Below, one piece after another: positions 12,480 through 23,869 of a stretch of 64,000 bases of DNA. A model generated the notes under the pieces. The model ran no database searches and was not told where the DNA came from. It saw only the letters and a program-made list of their open reading frames with translations. Origin of the DNA: Mobula hypostoma (Eukaryota); the NCBI RefSeq assembly GCF_963921235.1, contig NC_086097.1, positions 10,106,001-10,170,000 of the forward strand, in the 5' to 3' direction. The position numbers were made by a program, and so were the translations under genes. Each line of letters begins with the position of its first letter. The stretch's first letter is position 1.

Positions 12480-13410
12480 GAAGGTCAAAGTTAAAAGTGA
12501 ATTTATTATCAAAGTATGAATATATAACCATATGGTACTTTTAGATCCATTTACATGCAGGCATCTACAGAAAAAAATAGACAATTTCATTTTATGAAAA
12601 ACTATGGATAAACAAAAATAGACTGACAAACAACCAACGTGAGAAAGAAGATGAACTATGCAAATACAACTTAATGCTGAGAATATGAGTTGTATAGTGC
12701 CTTTGACAATAAGTTTGTGGAATTAGTTCGGAGAAGCAGGGACTGAAGTTGTCCACGCTGGTTCAGGAGCCTGAAGGTTGTAGAATAAAATTTATGAAAA
12801 ACTGTCCATAAACAAATACTGACAAGCAGCCAATGTGAAAAAGAAGACAAATTGTGTAAATATTAATAACACTGAGAATGACTTGTTGAATCCTTGAAAG
12901 TGAGTCCCTCAGTTATTGAGTGGGTTCAGCATTGAGGTGTGTGAATTTATCCACACTGGTTCAGGAGCCTGATAGTTGTAGGGTGATAACTATCCCCAAA
13001 CCTAGTAGTGTGAGACCTAAGTCTCCTGAACCTCTTGCCCGAGCGTAGTAGTGAAAACAGACCGTGGCCTGGATGATGGTGTCGTTAACGATTGGCGCTG
13101 TTTTCTTGTGGCAGTGTTCCATGTGAATGTACTCACTGGTGCAGAGGGCTTTGCCAGTGATGGACTGGGCTGTATCCATCATTTTCTGTAACCTTTTCTG
13201 TTCCTGGGCTTTGATGTTTCTGTACCAGGTTATGACGCAACCAGTTAGAATATTCTCCACTGTGCATCCACAGAAGTTTATCACATGTTTTGGTGACATC
13301 CCAATCTATGCAAACTTCTAAGGAACTAGAGGCATTATTGTGCGTTCTTTGTGATGACGTTTATGTGCTGATCCTATGACAGATCTTCTGATATGTTTAT
13401 GCCGAGGAGA
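12480..13410 (-). mobile_element. Rex1/Babar-type 3' fragment with a duplicated 3' UTR segment
   Basis: ORF 12961-13299 contains CTVENILTGCVITWY..KRLQKMMDTAQSITG. Confidence 0.75.
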
Positions 13411-13644
13411 AGAACATGAATCAGTGACAAGTTTAGAATATCATAAAGGGGTAATTCAATTACTAGGCAGCAGAGCATATTAAAGACAAAGTCTGTGTAA
13501 TTGAAATCTGCCAACAGCACTGAAAATCCACCATTAATTATGACTGTTATAAAGCAAAAATAATCCCTGCTGATCAGTCATTTCGCTTGTGATTAGTGAT
13601 GTCTGGTGGTGGTTAAACACGCTCTCAATTATCTTTCATTTTAT

Positions 13645-13900
13645 TTATTGAAATGCCATGTGAAATACTGTAGATCTTTCCAGCCCTTCGAACCACTCTG
13701 CCTTCCTCAATTTAAACCGGGATAATTTACAGTGACCAATTTACTTATCATTTGGTAGGTCTTTGGACTGTGGGAGGAAACTGGAGCAGCCGGAGGAAAC
13801 CCTCGCGGTCACAGGAGAACATACTAATTCCTTCCAGGCAGCGCCAAGAACTAAACCCAAATGGCTGCTACAGTAAAACATTGTGTTAACAACTACACTA
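13645..13900 (-). mobile_element. V-SINE (HE1-like); related copies at about 2320-2450, 19845-19960, 23400-23640 and 59830-60095
   Basis: ctttggactgtgggaggaaactggagcagccggaggaaacc is the reverse complement of the V-domain; a tRNA head follows. Confidence 0.7.
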
Positions 13901-14163
13901 CCAATACCATCACCGTAGTTTTTGGAAAATGATCAGCATGGACACAAGGTAAACTTGAGCCAGAACAAGTCCTGAAATTAATTTGCCTTGGCAAAAGAAG
14001 AAATTAGATCCGTATCAACATAAGGTTTGGTAATGGGTATTCGGCTAAAATGTTAAAGAACTTCAATGAAACATGTTCCCTCCCCAAAAAAAATTCAGAT
14101 TTTCTTAGCTAAGACAAATCACAATCGAGACAAGAAAATTGAGAGAAAAATATGCAACAAGTA

Positions 14164-14201
14164 CAGTCGATGTTTCGGGCCGAGATCCGTCATCAGGACT
14201 G
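14164..14201 (-). ncRNA. Minimal type-I hammerhead ribozyme motif in a Penelope pLTR
   Basis: Minus strand CAGUC-CUGAUGA-CGGAUCUCGGCCC-GAAAC-AUC-GACUG: intact CUGANGA and GAAA core, perfect 5-bp stem I, NUH triplet AUC, weak stem II. Confidence 0.65.
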
Positions 14202-14314
14202 GAGAAGAAAGAAGTCACAGCAAGAAGGTTGGGGGAGGGGAGCAAGAAATACAGAGCGGTAGGTGTTAGTTGAAACTGGGAAAGGGTGAGAGAAGGGAAC
14301 ATTATCATTTTATA

Positions 14315-14859
14315 TAGTACTGTGCAAAAGTCTTAGGCACATGTATATAGCTAGGGTGTCTAAGATTCTTGCATGGTATTGTAATAATTTCATGATTTGC
14401 ATTGTACTGCTGTCACAAAAGAAATAACAATTTTTGAGACATATGTGAGTGATGATAAACCTAATTCTGATATGGGTATCTGTTGTGTACTGAGAGTGGG
14501 AAGGAGGCAGCAAGAGGGGAATCATGGTTGGGAAAAGGGGAAGGGAGAGGGGAGAGAATGGGAAACACCAGAGAGACATTCTGCAAATATCGATAAACCA
14601 ATTCATTGGAATCAAGTGACCTTGCCTGGTGTTTCAGGGCTGGGTGTGTCTGCACCCGTGCGAACCTCACCCCAGCATTCCTTTTCTGCTACCTGTCCCA
14701 CACACCTTCCATGGTGTTCCTCTCTTGTCCTTCCTAACACCCTTTGCTCACTCCAAATTTACAAACTCGCTCTTCACTCATGTTGACAAATACAGTACTG
14801 TGCAAAAGTCTTAGGCACCTGAGGTATTGATATGTACCTACAATTTTTGCATAGTACGG
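14315..14859. mobile_element. Composite Tc1/mariner-type non-autonomous element with a TIR hairpin at each end
   Basis: YAGTACTGTGCAAAAGTCTTAGGCAC at 14315-14340 and 14793-14818, each followed by a degenerate reverse complement (14356-14381, 14834-14859). TA dinucleotides flank the ends. Confidence 0.7.
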
Positions 14860-14949
14860 TATGTGATGAGAGACATTGCCTTTGCTCTATTGACCTATTA
14901 CATCTAATATAGGCTTAGGGCATTTTGGAGGGAATTCCACCTAACAACA

Positions 14950-15770
14950 TTAAGACCTAATAGACCATAAGATATAGGAGCAGAATTAGGCCATTCAGCC
15001 CATCATGTCTTCTCCTCTGTTCCATCATGGTTTAATTATTGTCTCTCTCAACCCCATCAAAAACCTATCAGTCTCTGTTTTAAGTATACCTATTGACTTG
15101 ACCTCCACAGCTGCTTGTGGCAATCAATTCCAAGGATTCACCACACTCTGGCTAAATGGACATCCTTCTAATTTGAGGTTGTGCCGCCTGGTTCTGGACT
15201 CCCCCTCTATATGAAACATTCACTTTATTAAGGCCTTTCAATGTTTGATAGATTTCTATGAGATTCCAACTCATTCTTCTAAACTCCAATGAGTACAGGC
15301 CCAGAGCCATCAAACACTCTTCATACTTTAACCCCTTCATTCCTGGGATCATTCTTCTGAACCTTCTCTGGACCCTTTCCAACACCGGTATATCCTTTCT
15401 TAGATAAGGGACCAAAACTGCTCACAATACTTCAAGTACAGCTTGACCAATTCTAATAAAGCCTCAGCATTACATTCTTACTGGTTAATAGATCAACTGG
15501 TCATAGCAAATTGCCTTTTGATTGTGCAAGGTTTAAATAGGTGGGTTTCTGGTGGTGTAGCTCATCGGGTCTATACCACACTATCTCTAAATTTTAAAAA
15601 AATAATACCTAGTCCTCTTGAAATGGATTCCAGTATTGCATTTGCCTTTGTTACCACCAACTGAACCTGCAAATGAATAATTCTGTGTAAGGTCTCCCAA
15701 GTCCTTTTGAATTTCTGACTTCTGAATTTTCTCAGTTTAGAAAATAGTCTACACCTTTATTCCTTCCACA
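14950..15770 (-). mobile_element. CR1 LINE 3' fragment
   Basis: ORF 15152-15415 contains PYLRKDIPVLERVQRRFRRMIPGMKGLKYEECL; cttatggtct tail. Confidence 0.85.
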
Positions 15771-16526
15771 AAAAATTAATGTTGTGAAGTGTCATTGTAC
15801 AGTGTAATTATGCCTTGTATCTGCATTTATACTGGTGCATTTTCTGAAGGTTATACAGTTACTTAATCAGCCACTAACAGTCTCAATGATAGAAACCTTG
15901 AATTCTGACGTGCACTTTAAAAATTATGTGTGTTACTCTGCTTTCAATCCTTCAACAAAAAAGTTTTCTTTTAACAGTTTGAACAGTCCTCATTACATTG
16001 ATTTACTAATTAATGATAATTCAGTAAAGAGTCAATCAGTTCCATTTTCCGTCAGTATGTACACTCCAGATACCTTCCTCCCCAATCACTTCTGACAATC
16101 TCTTCTGCAATCTTCTTTTATCTTTCATGCATCCTCTTAGTGCAACAACATTATCACACTTACAATTTACAACACAAAAGACTATTTGTTCCATCGCATC
16201 TATAGCAGAGCATTCCTTCATTCATTATGTACCATGTCGAATGACGTGGGCGATCATGGTCTTTTCATGACCATAATTGTTCTTGGCAAATTTTTCTACA
16301 AAATTGCCTTGCCATTGACTCCTTCTGGTCAGTGTCTTTACAAGACAGGTGACCCCCGCTATTATCAATACTCTTCAGAGATTGGCTGCCTGGCATCAGT
16401 GGTCTCATAATCAGGATTTGTGATATGCACCTACTGCTCATATGACCATGCACCACCTGCTCCTACAGTTTCATGTAACCCTGATCCAGGGAGCCAAGCA
16501 GATGCTATACCTTGCCTAAGTGTGAC

Positions 16527-19500
16527 ATCACACTGGTGTTCATCTCTGACCACTTCCTTCTGCGAGCCACCTGTCACTTACGGGAGGACCGGAAGGCAGG
16601 TAGGGGGATGTGGAAGCCGAACGTTAAGCTACTGACCCCAGAGAATATTAAGGAACTGGACAAGGAGTACACAGGTTGGAGAACCTTGAAAGCCTTCTTT
16701 GATTCCTCAGTTCTCTGGTGGGAAGCCAGCAAGGAGAACATCAAGAGGTTCTTCGTCCTCAAGTGTATCCAGAAAGCAAGGCAGGAGCAGAGAGAACTGT
16801 GCAAACTCCAGACAGAGTTACAGCAACTTTTTCTGCAGTCAAAGGGGGTGGATGTCAGAGAGGAATTGTGGGAGGTGAAGGGCCGGCAAGCCCAGCACTT
16901 CGCCGCCGAATACTCCAAGATCATCTACCGATCGAGGGTCCAAACCGTGGAACAGGATGAGACGTGTTCACGCTGCTTCTTCCAAAAGGTGCACAGGGGG
17001 AGCTCTGCGATCCACAACCTTACGTAAGAGGACGGCTCAGTCGCTTCCTCGCAGACAGACATACCGAGGATTTGCAGGTCCTTCTATGCCGGTCTGTACG
17101 ATGAAAAGGCCACAGACCCCACAGCCTCCCACAACTTCCTGTCGTCTATCATGCAGGTCTTAGACAACAGCAAGCGGGAGAGTCGGGATCAACCACTGAC
17201 CCTGGATGAGTTGACAGGCTCCATCCGTTCCTTTGGGTCGAATATGACTCCAGGAGGCGATGGCCTACCGGTTGAGTTGTATCAGCTCTGTGGAACTGGA
17301 TGGGCCCTGACCAGCTGGAAGTGTATAACACTATGCTTCTGGCCAGCAGCATGTCAGAATCCATGAGGAAGGGCATCATCACCCTCATCTACAAGCAGAA
17401 GGGGGAAAGGGAGGACATTTGGAATTGGAGGCCCTTCTCTCTCCTGAATGTGGACTACAAGATCCTGTCCAAGGCTAACGCCAACAGGGTCAAGTCTTCT
17501 CTGGGACAGGTTATCCACCCGGACCAAATCTGTGCTGTACTGGGCAGGAAGATCTCGGACAGCCTCGCGCTGCTGGGGGACACCATCGCCTATGTGCAGG
17601 ACAGGGGGGTGGACACCTGCTTGGTCAGCTTGGACCAGGAGAAAACCTTCGACAGGATATCGCACACGTACATGGCGGACATACTCTCCAATATTGGATT
17701 TGGGGAGGGAATCCGGAATTGGATCAGACTGCTCTACATAGACATTTGTAGTGCAGTCCAGGTCAATGGGTGGGAAACAGACAGCTTCCTCATCAGGTCT
17801 GGAGTCAGGCAGGGCTGCCCCCTCTCCCCTGTCTTGTTTGTGTGCTGCATAGAACCTTTTGCCGAAGCCACCAGGAGGGATTGAATGGAAGAATTGGATC
17901 AGCCCATGATTGAATGGTAGAGTAGACTCGATGGGCCGAATGGCCTGCTTCTGCTCCTGTATCTTATAAGAGTGGTGATGCTGCCAGGCAGTGGAGGGAT
18001 GCAAGTCAAAACCTCCCTGTACATGGACGATGTCACCGTCTTCTGCTCTGATCCGAGGTCAGTTCGCAGACTTATGGACATCTGCGTACATTTTGAGCTG
18101 ACGTCGGGGACCAAAGTCAACTGCACGAAGAGCAAAGCTATGCTCTCCGGCAACTGGCCCGACCGATCCTATGTCCCCTTCACTATCAGGTCTGACCACA
18201 TGAAGGTGTTGGGGATCTGGTTCGGAGGGGCTGAGGCGTGCAACAAGAACTAGCTGGAGGGGACTGCCAAGGTGAAACAGAAACTGGGACTGTGGGGAGA
18301 GCGCTCCCTGTCGATAACGGGAAAGAACCTGGTCATCAGGTGTGAGGTGCTCTCAGGTCTGTTGTACTTGGCGCAGGTGTGGCCCGTCCCCTGTTCCTGC
18401 AGCTTAGAAATCACCAGAGTCGTCTTCAAATTCGTCTGAGGATCGAGGATGGAGCGAGTCAGATGGACCGTCATGCACAAGTCCCTAATAATGGGGGCAA
18501 GAACGTCCCTAATGTAGCCCTCATCCAAATGGCCAGCTTTGTGTGTGGCTGCATCAGGTTGGTGTAGAACCCAGATATGTGGGCACAAAGTACCACTATG
18601 TGCCCAAGTTCTACCTGTCGCCCTGGCTACGAAGAAATGGTCTGGCCCCTTTCCCGCGCAGCACCCCTGTCAGCTGGTCGTTGCCACCATACCTGTCCTT
18701 CGTAGAAAAGTTTTTCCAGGTCAACAATTTTGACCACAGGGCTATCAGACAGTGGTCGGCAGGTAATGTCCTGCAGGCGCTGCAGGAGAAGGACAAGATG
18801 GACTTAGTGGGGTGGTTCTCTGAACAGACAGTCCAGTTCATCTGGCAAAATGCCTCATCACCAGACCTCACCAACAGGTACCAGGACCTTGCCTGGCTAG
18901 CGATGAGAGGGGCCCTCCCAGTCGATCCCTCCTGTATACCTGGAATGTCGTCTCCGCACCCTGCTGCACACGGGAGGACTGCAATGAGGTGGAGTCAGCG
19001 ACTCACCTCTTTGCACACTGTGGGTTCGCGAAGAACGTGTGGAGGAGGATGGAAGGGACGGTGTCAAGATTCATGCCCAGCAGCTGCTTAACTGAGGACT
19101 CCCTGATCTACGGGCTGTTCCCGGGGATGCACACGGAGACCAACATCCAGTGCTGCTGGCAGATCATCAACTCGGTGAAAGGTGCTCTTTGTTCTGCCCG
19201 AAACTTGGTGGTCTACCAGCACATGGAGATGTCCGTGACCGAATGTTGCCGGCTGGCACATTCTTGTCTGCAGGAATACGTGCTGAGGGACGCACTCAAA
19301 TTTGGTGCAGCCACCGCGAAGGCACAGTGGGGAAGGACCACAGTTTAAGATTCGTCACCCGTGGGAGTGGGAGGGGTCGGGTGGGGAGGAGAATAACCCT
19401 CATCAGTGGTGTGGATAGATGAATCAACATGGTGCCCCAGGAGTGGCTGGAAATGTATAGACCATAAAGGAATGAGAGTCAATGCCTGATTTTTTATTGT

Positions 19501-19720
19501 TAATTTTTTTTTATTGTAAATAAGTTTTTTAATTCTTGGCTAAAGTTTGAGAGTCAACCAATGATTTATTGTAAACATCTTCATTTTGAATATTGACTGA
19601 GAGTCAATGCATAAGTTATTGTTAATAACTTTATTTATTGAAAAGGACTCAGGGTCAATGAATGTTTTTTATGCAAATAACTTTATTTATTTCTGAATAA
19701 AGTATATTTTTGGGGAAAAA
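16527..19720 (+). mobile_element. Tx1-clade (L1 group) non-LTR retrotransposon, 5'-truncated, ORF2 pseudogene
   Basis: End of APE (SDH..WKPNVKLL), RT motifs NWRPFSLLNVDYKILSK, LDQEKTFDRISH, GVRQGCPLSP and YMDD, and a C-terminal ESATHLFAHC zinc finger, spread over frameshifted ORFs 16512-19348. AATAAA plus A-tail; 9-bp TSD aagtgtgac at 16518-16526 and 19721-19729. Confidence 0.92.
17882..17965 (+). mobile_element. 84-bp CR1 3'-tail fragment inside the Tx1 RT
   Basis: gatcagcc.atgattgaatgg..agactcgatgggccgaatggcct..ttctgctcct matches the CR1 3' ends at 23285-23366 and (reversed) 34226-34305. Confidence 0.85.
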
Positions 19721-20124
19721 AAGTGTGACCTGCAGGCCAACAGAGGGAAGGAGTGCTTTACTCCTCCTTAGGTGAAGATGTGTCTCCAACCTGCCACCCT
19801 TACATAGATCCACATGGTTTAAAAGAGCATTATCTACTTCTTTATTGATTGATTGAGATACAGCACAAAATAGGGCTTTCAGGCCCTTCGAGCCACACCA
19901 GCCAGCCAACCCACATTTAAGCCGACCTTAATTATGGGACAATTTACAATGACCAATCGTTCACAGCAAAGCAATCTACTCTTTTCACTCTATCTTTTCC
20001 TCTGCAACTTCCAGACAACAAAGTACATTTATTATCAAAGTATGTAAATCTCTGAGATTTATCGGAGTTGTATTGTGTATAGTAATCTTGGGATTACTGT
20101 CTATGCCATGTGACAGTGAGGATA

Positions 20125-23100
20125 GAAATAGAATGAGGTGGCTGAAGAATTGGAGCAGAGGGCAGGGATTCAGATTTCTGAATAATTAAGACCTCTTCCG
20201 GGGCAGGCGGGACCTGTACAAAAGGAAGGGTTTCAATTGAATTGGAGGGCGACCAATATTCTTGCGGGCATGTTTACTAGAGCTGTTGGAAGTGTTTAAA
20301 CTAACATGGCAGGGGTATGGGAACCAGTATGAAAAAGCTGTGGATGAGCCAGCTGGTTTACAAGTGGATGATGGGTGTAACATGAATGTATGGAAGGACA
20401 AGCCAATGATTGGGTACAAATGCAGACAGAACAAAGAGTTAAATTGTACCACAGAGGCAAAGTTCAGAAGGGTGAAGAATGCAGGACTGAAGGTGCAATA
20501 CTTAAATGCACATAGCATTTGGAATAAGGTGGATGAATTCCTGGCACAATTGGAGATTGGTCTGTATGACGCTGTGTGCATCATTGAATCCAGGCTGAAA
20601 GAAGGCTGTAGTTGGGAGCATAACTTCAAAGGGTATACTTGTATCAAAAGGATTGGCGAGAAAGCATAGGCAGTTGTGTAGCTCTGTTGGTAAGAGTTGG
20701 AACTAGATCTTTAGAAAGAGGTGACATAGGGTCAGAGAATGTTGAATCTTTGTGGGTGGAGTCAAAAAGCAGCAACAGTAAGAAAACCATTATGGGAATC
20801 ATAAATAGTATGATTCCATACTTGGCCTCCAAATAGTAGCCAAGATGTGGGGGCAAGATTGCAAAGGGAGCTGGAAATAAAGGCATATAATAAGTGTAAT
20901 GATACAATTTTAATATGGGACTTCAATATGCATGGGGATTGGAAAAATCAGCTTGGTGCCAGATTGCAAGTGAGTGAGTTTGTTGAATTCCTACGAGATG
21001 GCTTTATAGAGCAGCTTGTGCTTGAGCCTACTCAGGGAAAGGCTATCTTAGTTAGATTGGGTGTTGAGTAATAAGCCAGATCTTATTAGGGAACTGAACG
21101 TGAAGGAACCCTTAGGAGGCAGTGATTATAATATGATAGAATTCATAACTGCAATTTGAGAGGGAGAAGCATAAGTCACATGTTTCAGTATTGCAATGGA
21201 ATAAAGGGAATTACAGAGGCATAAGAGAGGAGCTTGCCCAGATGGATTGGAGGAGGATACTAGCAGGGATGATGGCAAAGTAGAGATGGCTGAAGTTTCC
21301 AGGAATAGTTCACAAAGAGCAGGACAGATATATCCCATAGAAGTCATCTCAAATGGCAGGAATAGGTAACAGTGGCTGACCAGGGAAGTTAAGGATTGCA
21401 TAAAAGCTAAGGAACAGATATATAAGGAGGCAAAAGTGAATGGGAAGTTGAATGATTGGGAAGCTTTCAAAGTCCAACAAAAGGCAACTAAAAAAAATAA
21501 GAAAGGAAAAGATGAAATATGAGGGCAGACCACCCAATAATATAAAGCAGTATACCAAAAGTTTTTTTCAGTTGTATAAAGAGTAAAAGGGCAGTGAGAG
21601 TTGACATGGGACCACTAGAAAATGATGCTGGTGAGGTGATAATAGGGGACAAAGAAATGACAGATGAATGTAATGGGTACTTTACATCTGCCTTCACTGA
21701 GGAAGACATTAGCAGTGTGCCAGAGGTCCGTAAGAGTCACGGAGCAGAAGTGGGGGACATTGCTATTACAAAGGAAAAAGTGCAAGGCAAACTCAAAGGT
21801 CTTAAGGTCAGTAAGTCAACTGGACCAGATGGACTACATTTCAGAGTTCTGAGAGAGATTGCCAAAGAGATAAAGGATGCAATGGTTGTGACCTTTCAAG
21901 AATCATTTGATTCTGGCTTGCTCCCGGAGAACTGGAAGTTGCAAATGTCACTCCACTCTTTAAAAAGGGATGAAGGCAAAACAAAGGAAAATATAGGCCA
22001 GTTGGCCTTTCTGCAGTGATTGAGAAATTGCTGGAGTCTATTAAGGAGGAGTTTTCGTGGTACTTGGAGACTAGTGATAAAATAAGTCAAAGTCAGCATG
22101 GTTTCTGTAAAGGGAAATCTGACAAATCTGTTAGAGTTCTTCAAGGAAATGACAAATAGGGTGAACAAAGGATAGGCAGTGGATGTCATTTACTTGGATT
22201 TTCAGAAGGCATTTGATAAAAGTGCCACACATGAAGCTACTTAACAAGATAAAATCTTATGGTGTTACGGGAAAGCTATGGGTGTGGATAGAGGAATGGC
22301 TGACAGGCAGGAGGCAGTGAGTGGGAATAAAGGGGGTCTTTTCTGGTTGGCTGCCAGTGACTAGAGGTGTTCCTCAGCAGTCAATGTTGGGACCGTTACT
22401 TTTGACGTTGTTTGTCAATGATTTGGATCATGGAAATGATGGCTTTGCAGCAAAGTTTGCATATGATACAAAGATAGGTGGGGGGGTAGGAAGTGCTGAG
22501 GAAACAATGCAATTGCAGCAGGACTTAGACAAATTGGAAGAATGGGCAGATGGAATACAGTATTGGGAAGTGCATGATAATGCATTTTGGTGAAAGGAAC
22601 AAAAGTGCAGAATATTAGCTAAATAGGGAGAAGGTTCAAACATCAGAGGTTCAGAGCGACTTAGGAGTCCTCATGCAAGACTCCCAGAAGGTTAATTTAC
22701 AGGTGGAGTCTGTGGTAAAGAAGACAAATGCAATGCTGGCATTTACTTCAAGGGGAATAGAGTATAAAAAGGAGGTAGTACTGAGGCATTATAAGACACT
22801 AGTCAAGCCACACTTGGAGTATTATCAACAGTTTTGGGCCCCATGTTTCAGAAAGGATGTACTGTATTGTCTTGGAGAGAGTCCAGAGGATGTTTACGAG
22901 GATGATTATGGGAATGAAGGGGTTTACATATGAAGAGTGTTTGCTAGCTTTAGACCTGTACTCAATTAATTTCATAGAATGTGGGAGGAACACATTGAAA
23001 CCTAACGAATGTTGAAAGGACTATTTGGGTGGATGTGGAGAGGATGTTTTCTACGGTGGGGGTATTGAGAACTAAAGGGCACAGCCTCAAAATTTAGGGG

Positions 23101-23366
23101 TGTCTTTTTCAACTGAGGTAAGGAGGAATTTTTTTAGCCAGAGAGTGGTGAATCGTGAAATGCTCTGCCACAGACTGTGATGGAGGACAAGTCCGTGTGC
23201 ATATTTAAGGTGGAAGTTGATAGTTTCCTGACTGGTCAGTACATCAAAGGATACAGCAAGAAGGGAAGTATATGGGTTGAGTGGGATCTGGGATCTGCCA
23301 TGATGGAATGGCAGAGCAGACGCAATGGGCTGAATGGCCTAATTCTGCTCCTATGTCTTATGGTCT
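20125..23366 (+). mobile_element. CR1 LINE, long degraded copy (ORF1 esterase C-terminus plus ORF2 APE-RT)
   Basis: YLNAHSIWNK (APE start), WDFN, KSTGPDGLH, YLDFQKAFDK, GVPQQSMLGP, KFAYDTK and LVKPHLEY, with many stops and frameshifts; tail cttatggtct. Confidence 0.92.
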
Positions 23367-23869
23367 TTCATGTTTTGATTATAAGCAAATACTTGGATGG
23401 CAAATTATTCCCTCTCTCACATGCTCACCAACTCCACTTTGAAAATTTGCCAATTATGTATACCAAGGACCAACTCAGAGTAGACAATTTTTTTCTCAGC
23501 ATAACTTTGGGTTGTGGAAGGAAAGTAATGAACCTGGTGGAAACCCATGTGATTACAGGGAGAATGTTCGAACTCCGTTTGGACAGGACACATAGTGAGG
23601 ATCAAACCCGTGGGCCTCACGCTGAGAGGCAGCAGTAACTGCAGGATCACTTGAACAGATATTCGGAGGAAAACTCGAATAGAACTTGTGACTATTGATT
23701 TTTTGCAGGGCTTGAAAAAGCAAATGACCATTGGAATTTTATGGTGTTATCTGTTTTCTTAAATGATATGGAATTAGATCAGCTTTAGAATCACATTTAA
23801 TATCATTGGCACATGCTGTGAAATCTGTTGGCTTTGCAGCAGCAGTAGAGTGTAATACATAATAATAGA

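Larger units (their letters stand above)
16190..19815 (-). mobile_element. RTE-related SINE-like element split by the Tx1 insertion (parts 16190-16526 and 19721-19815)
   Basis: Sequence continues across the TSD (..cctaagtgtgac | ctgcaggccaacagaggg..); (gaat)n-like tail at about 16213-16227. Confidence 0.55.

Noticed and set aside
17354..18004. 216-aa minus-strand ORF
   Set aside because: Antisense to the GC-rich Tx1 RT and running through the CR1 insert; no independent motif.
19473..19660. CRISPR-like repeat-spacer array
   Set aside because: Repeats are only about 10 bp, spacing is irregular, spacers are low-complexity, and the context is a eukaryotic LINE 3' UTR with no cas genes.
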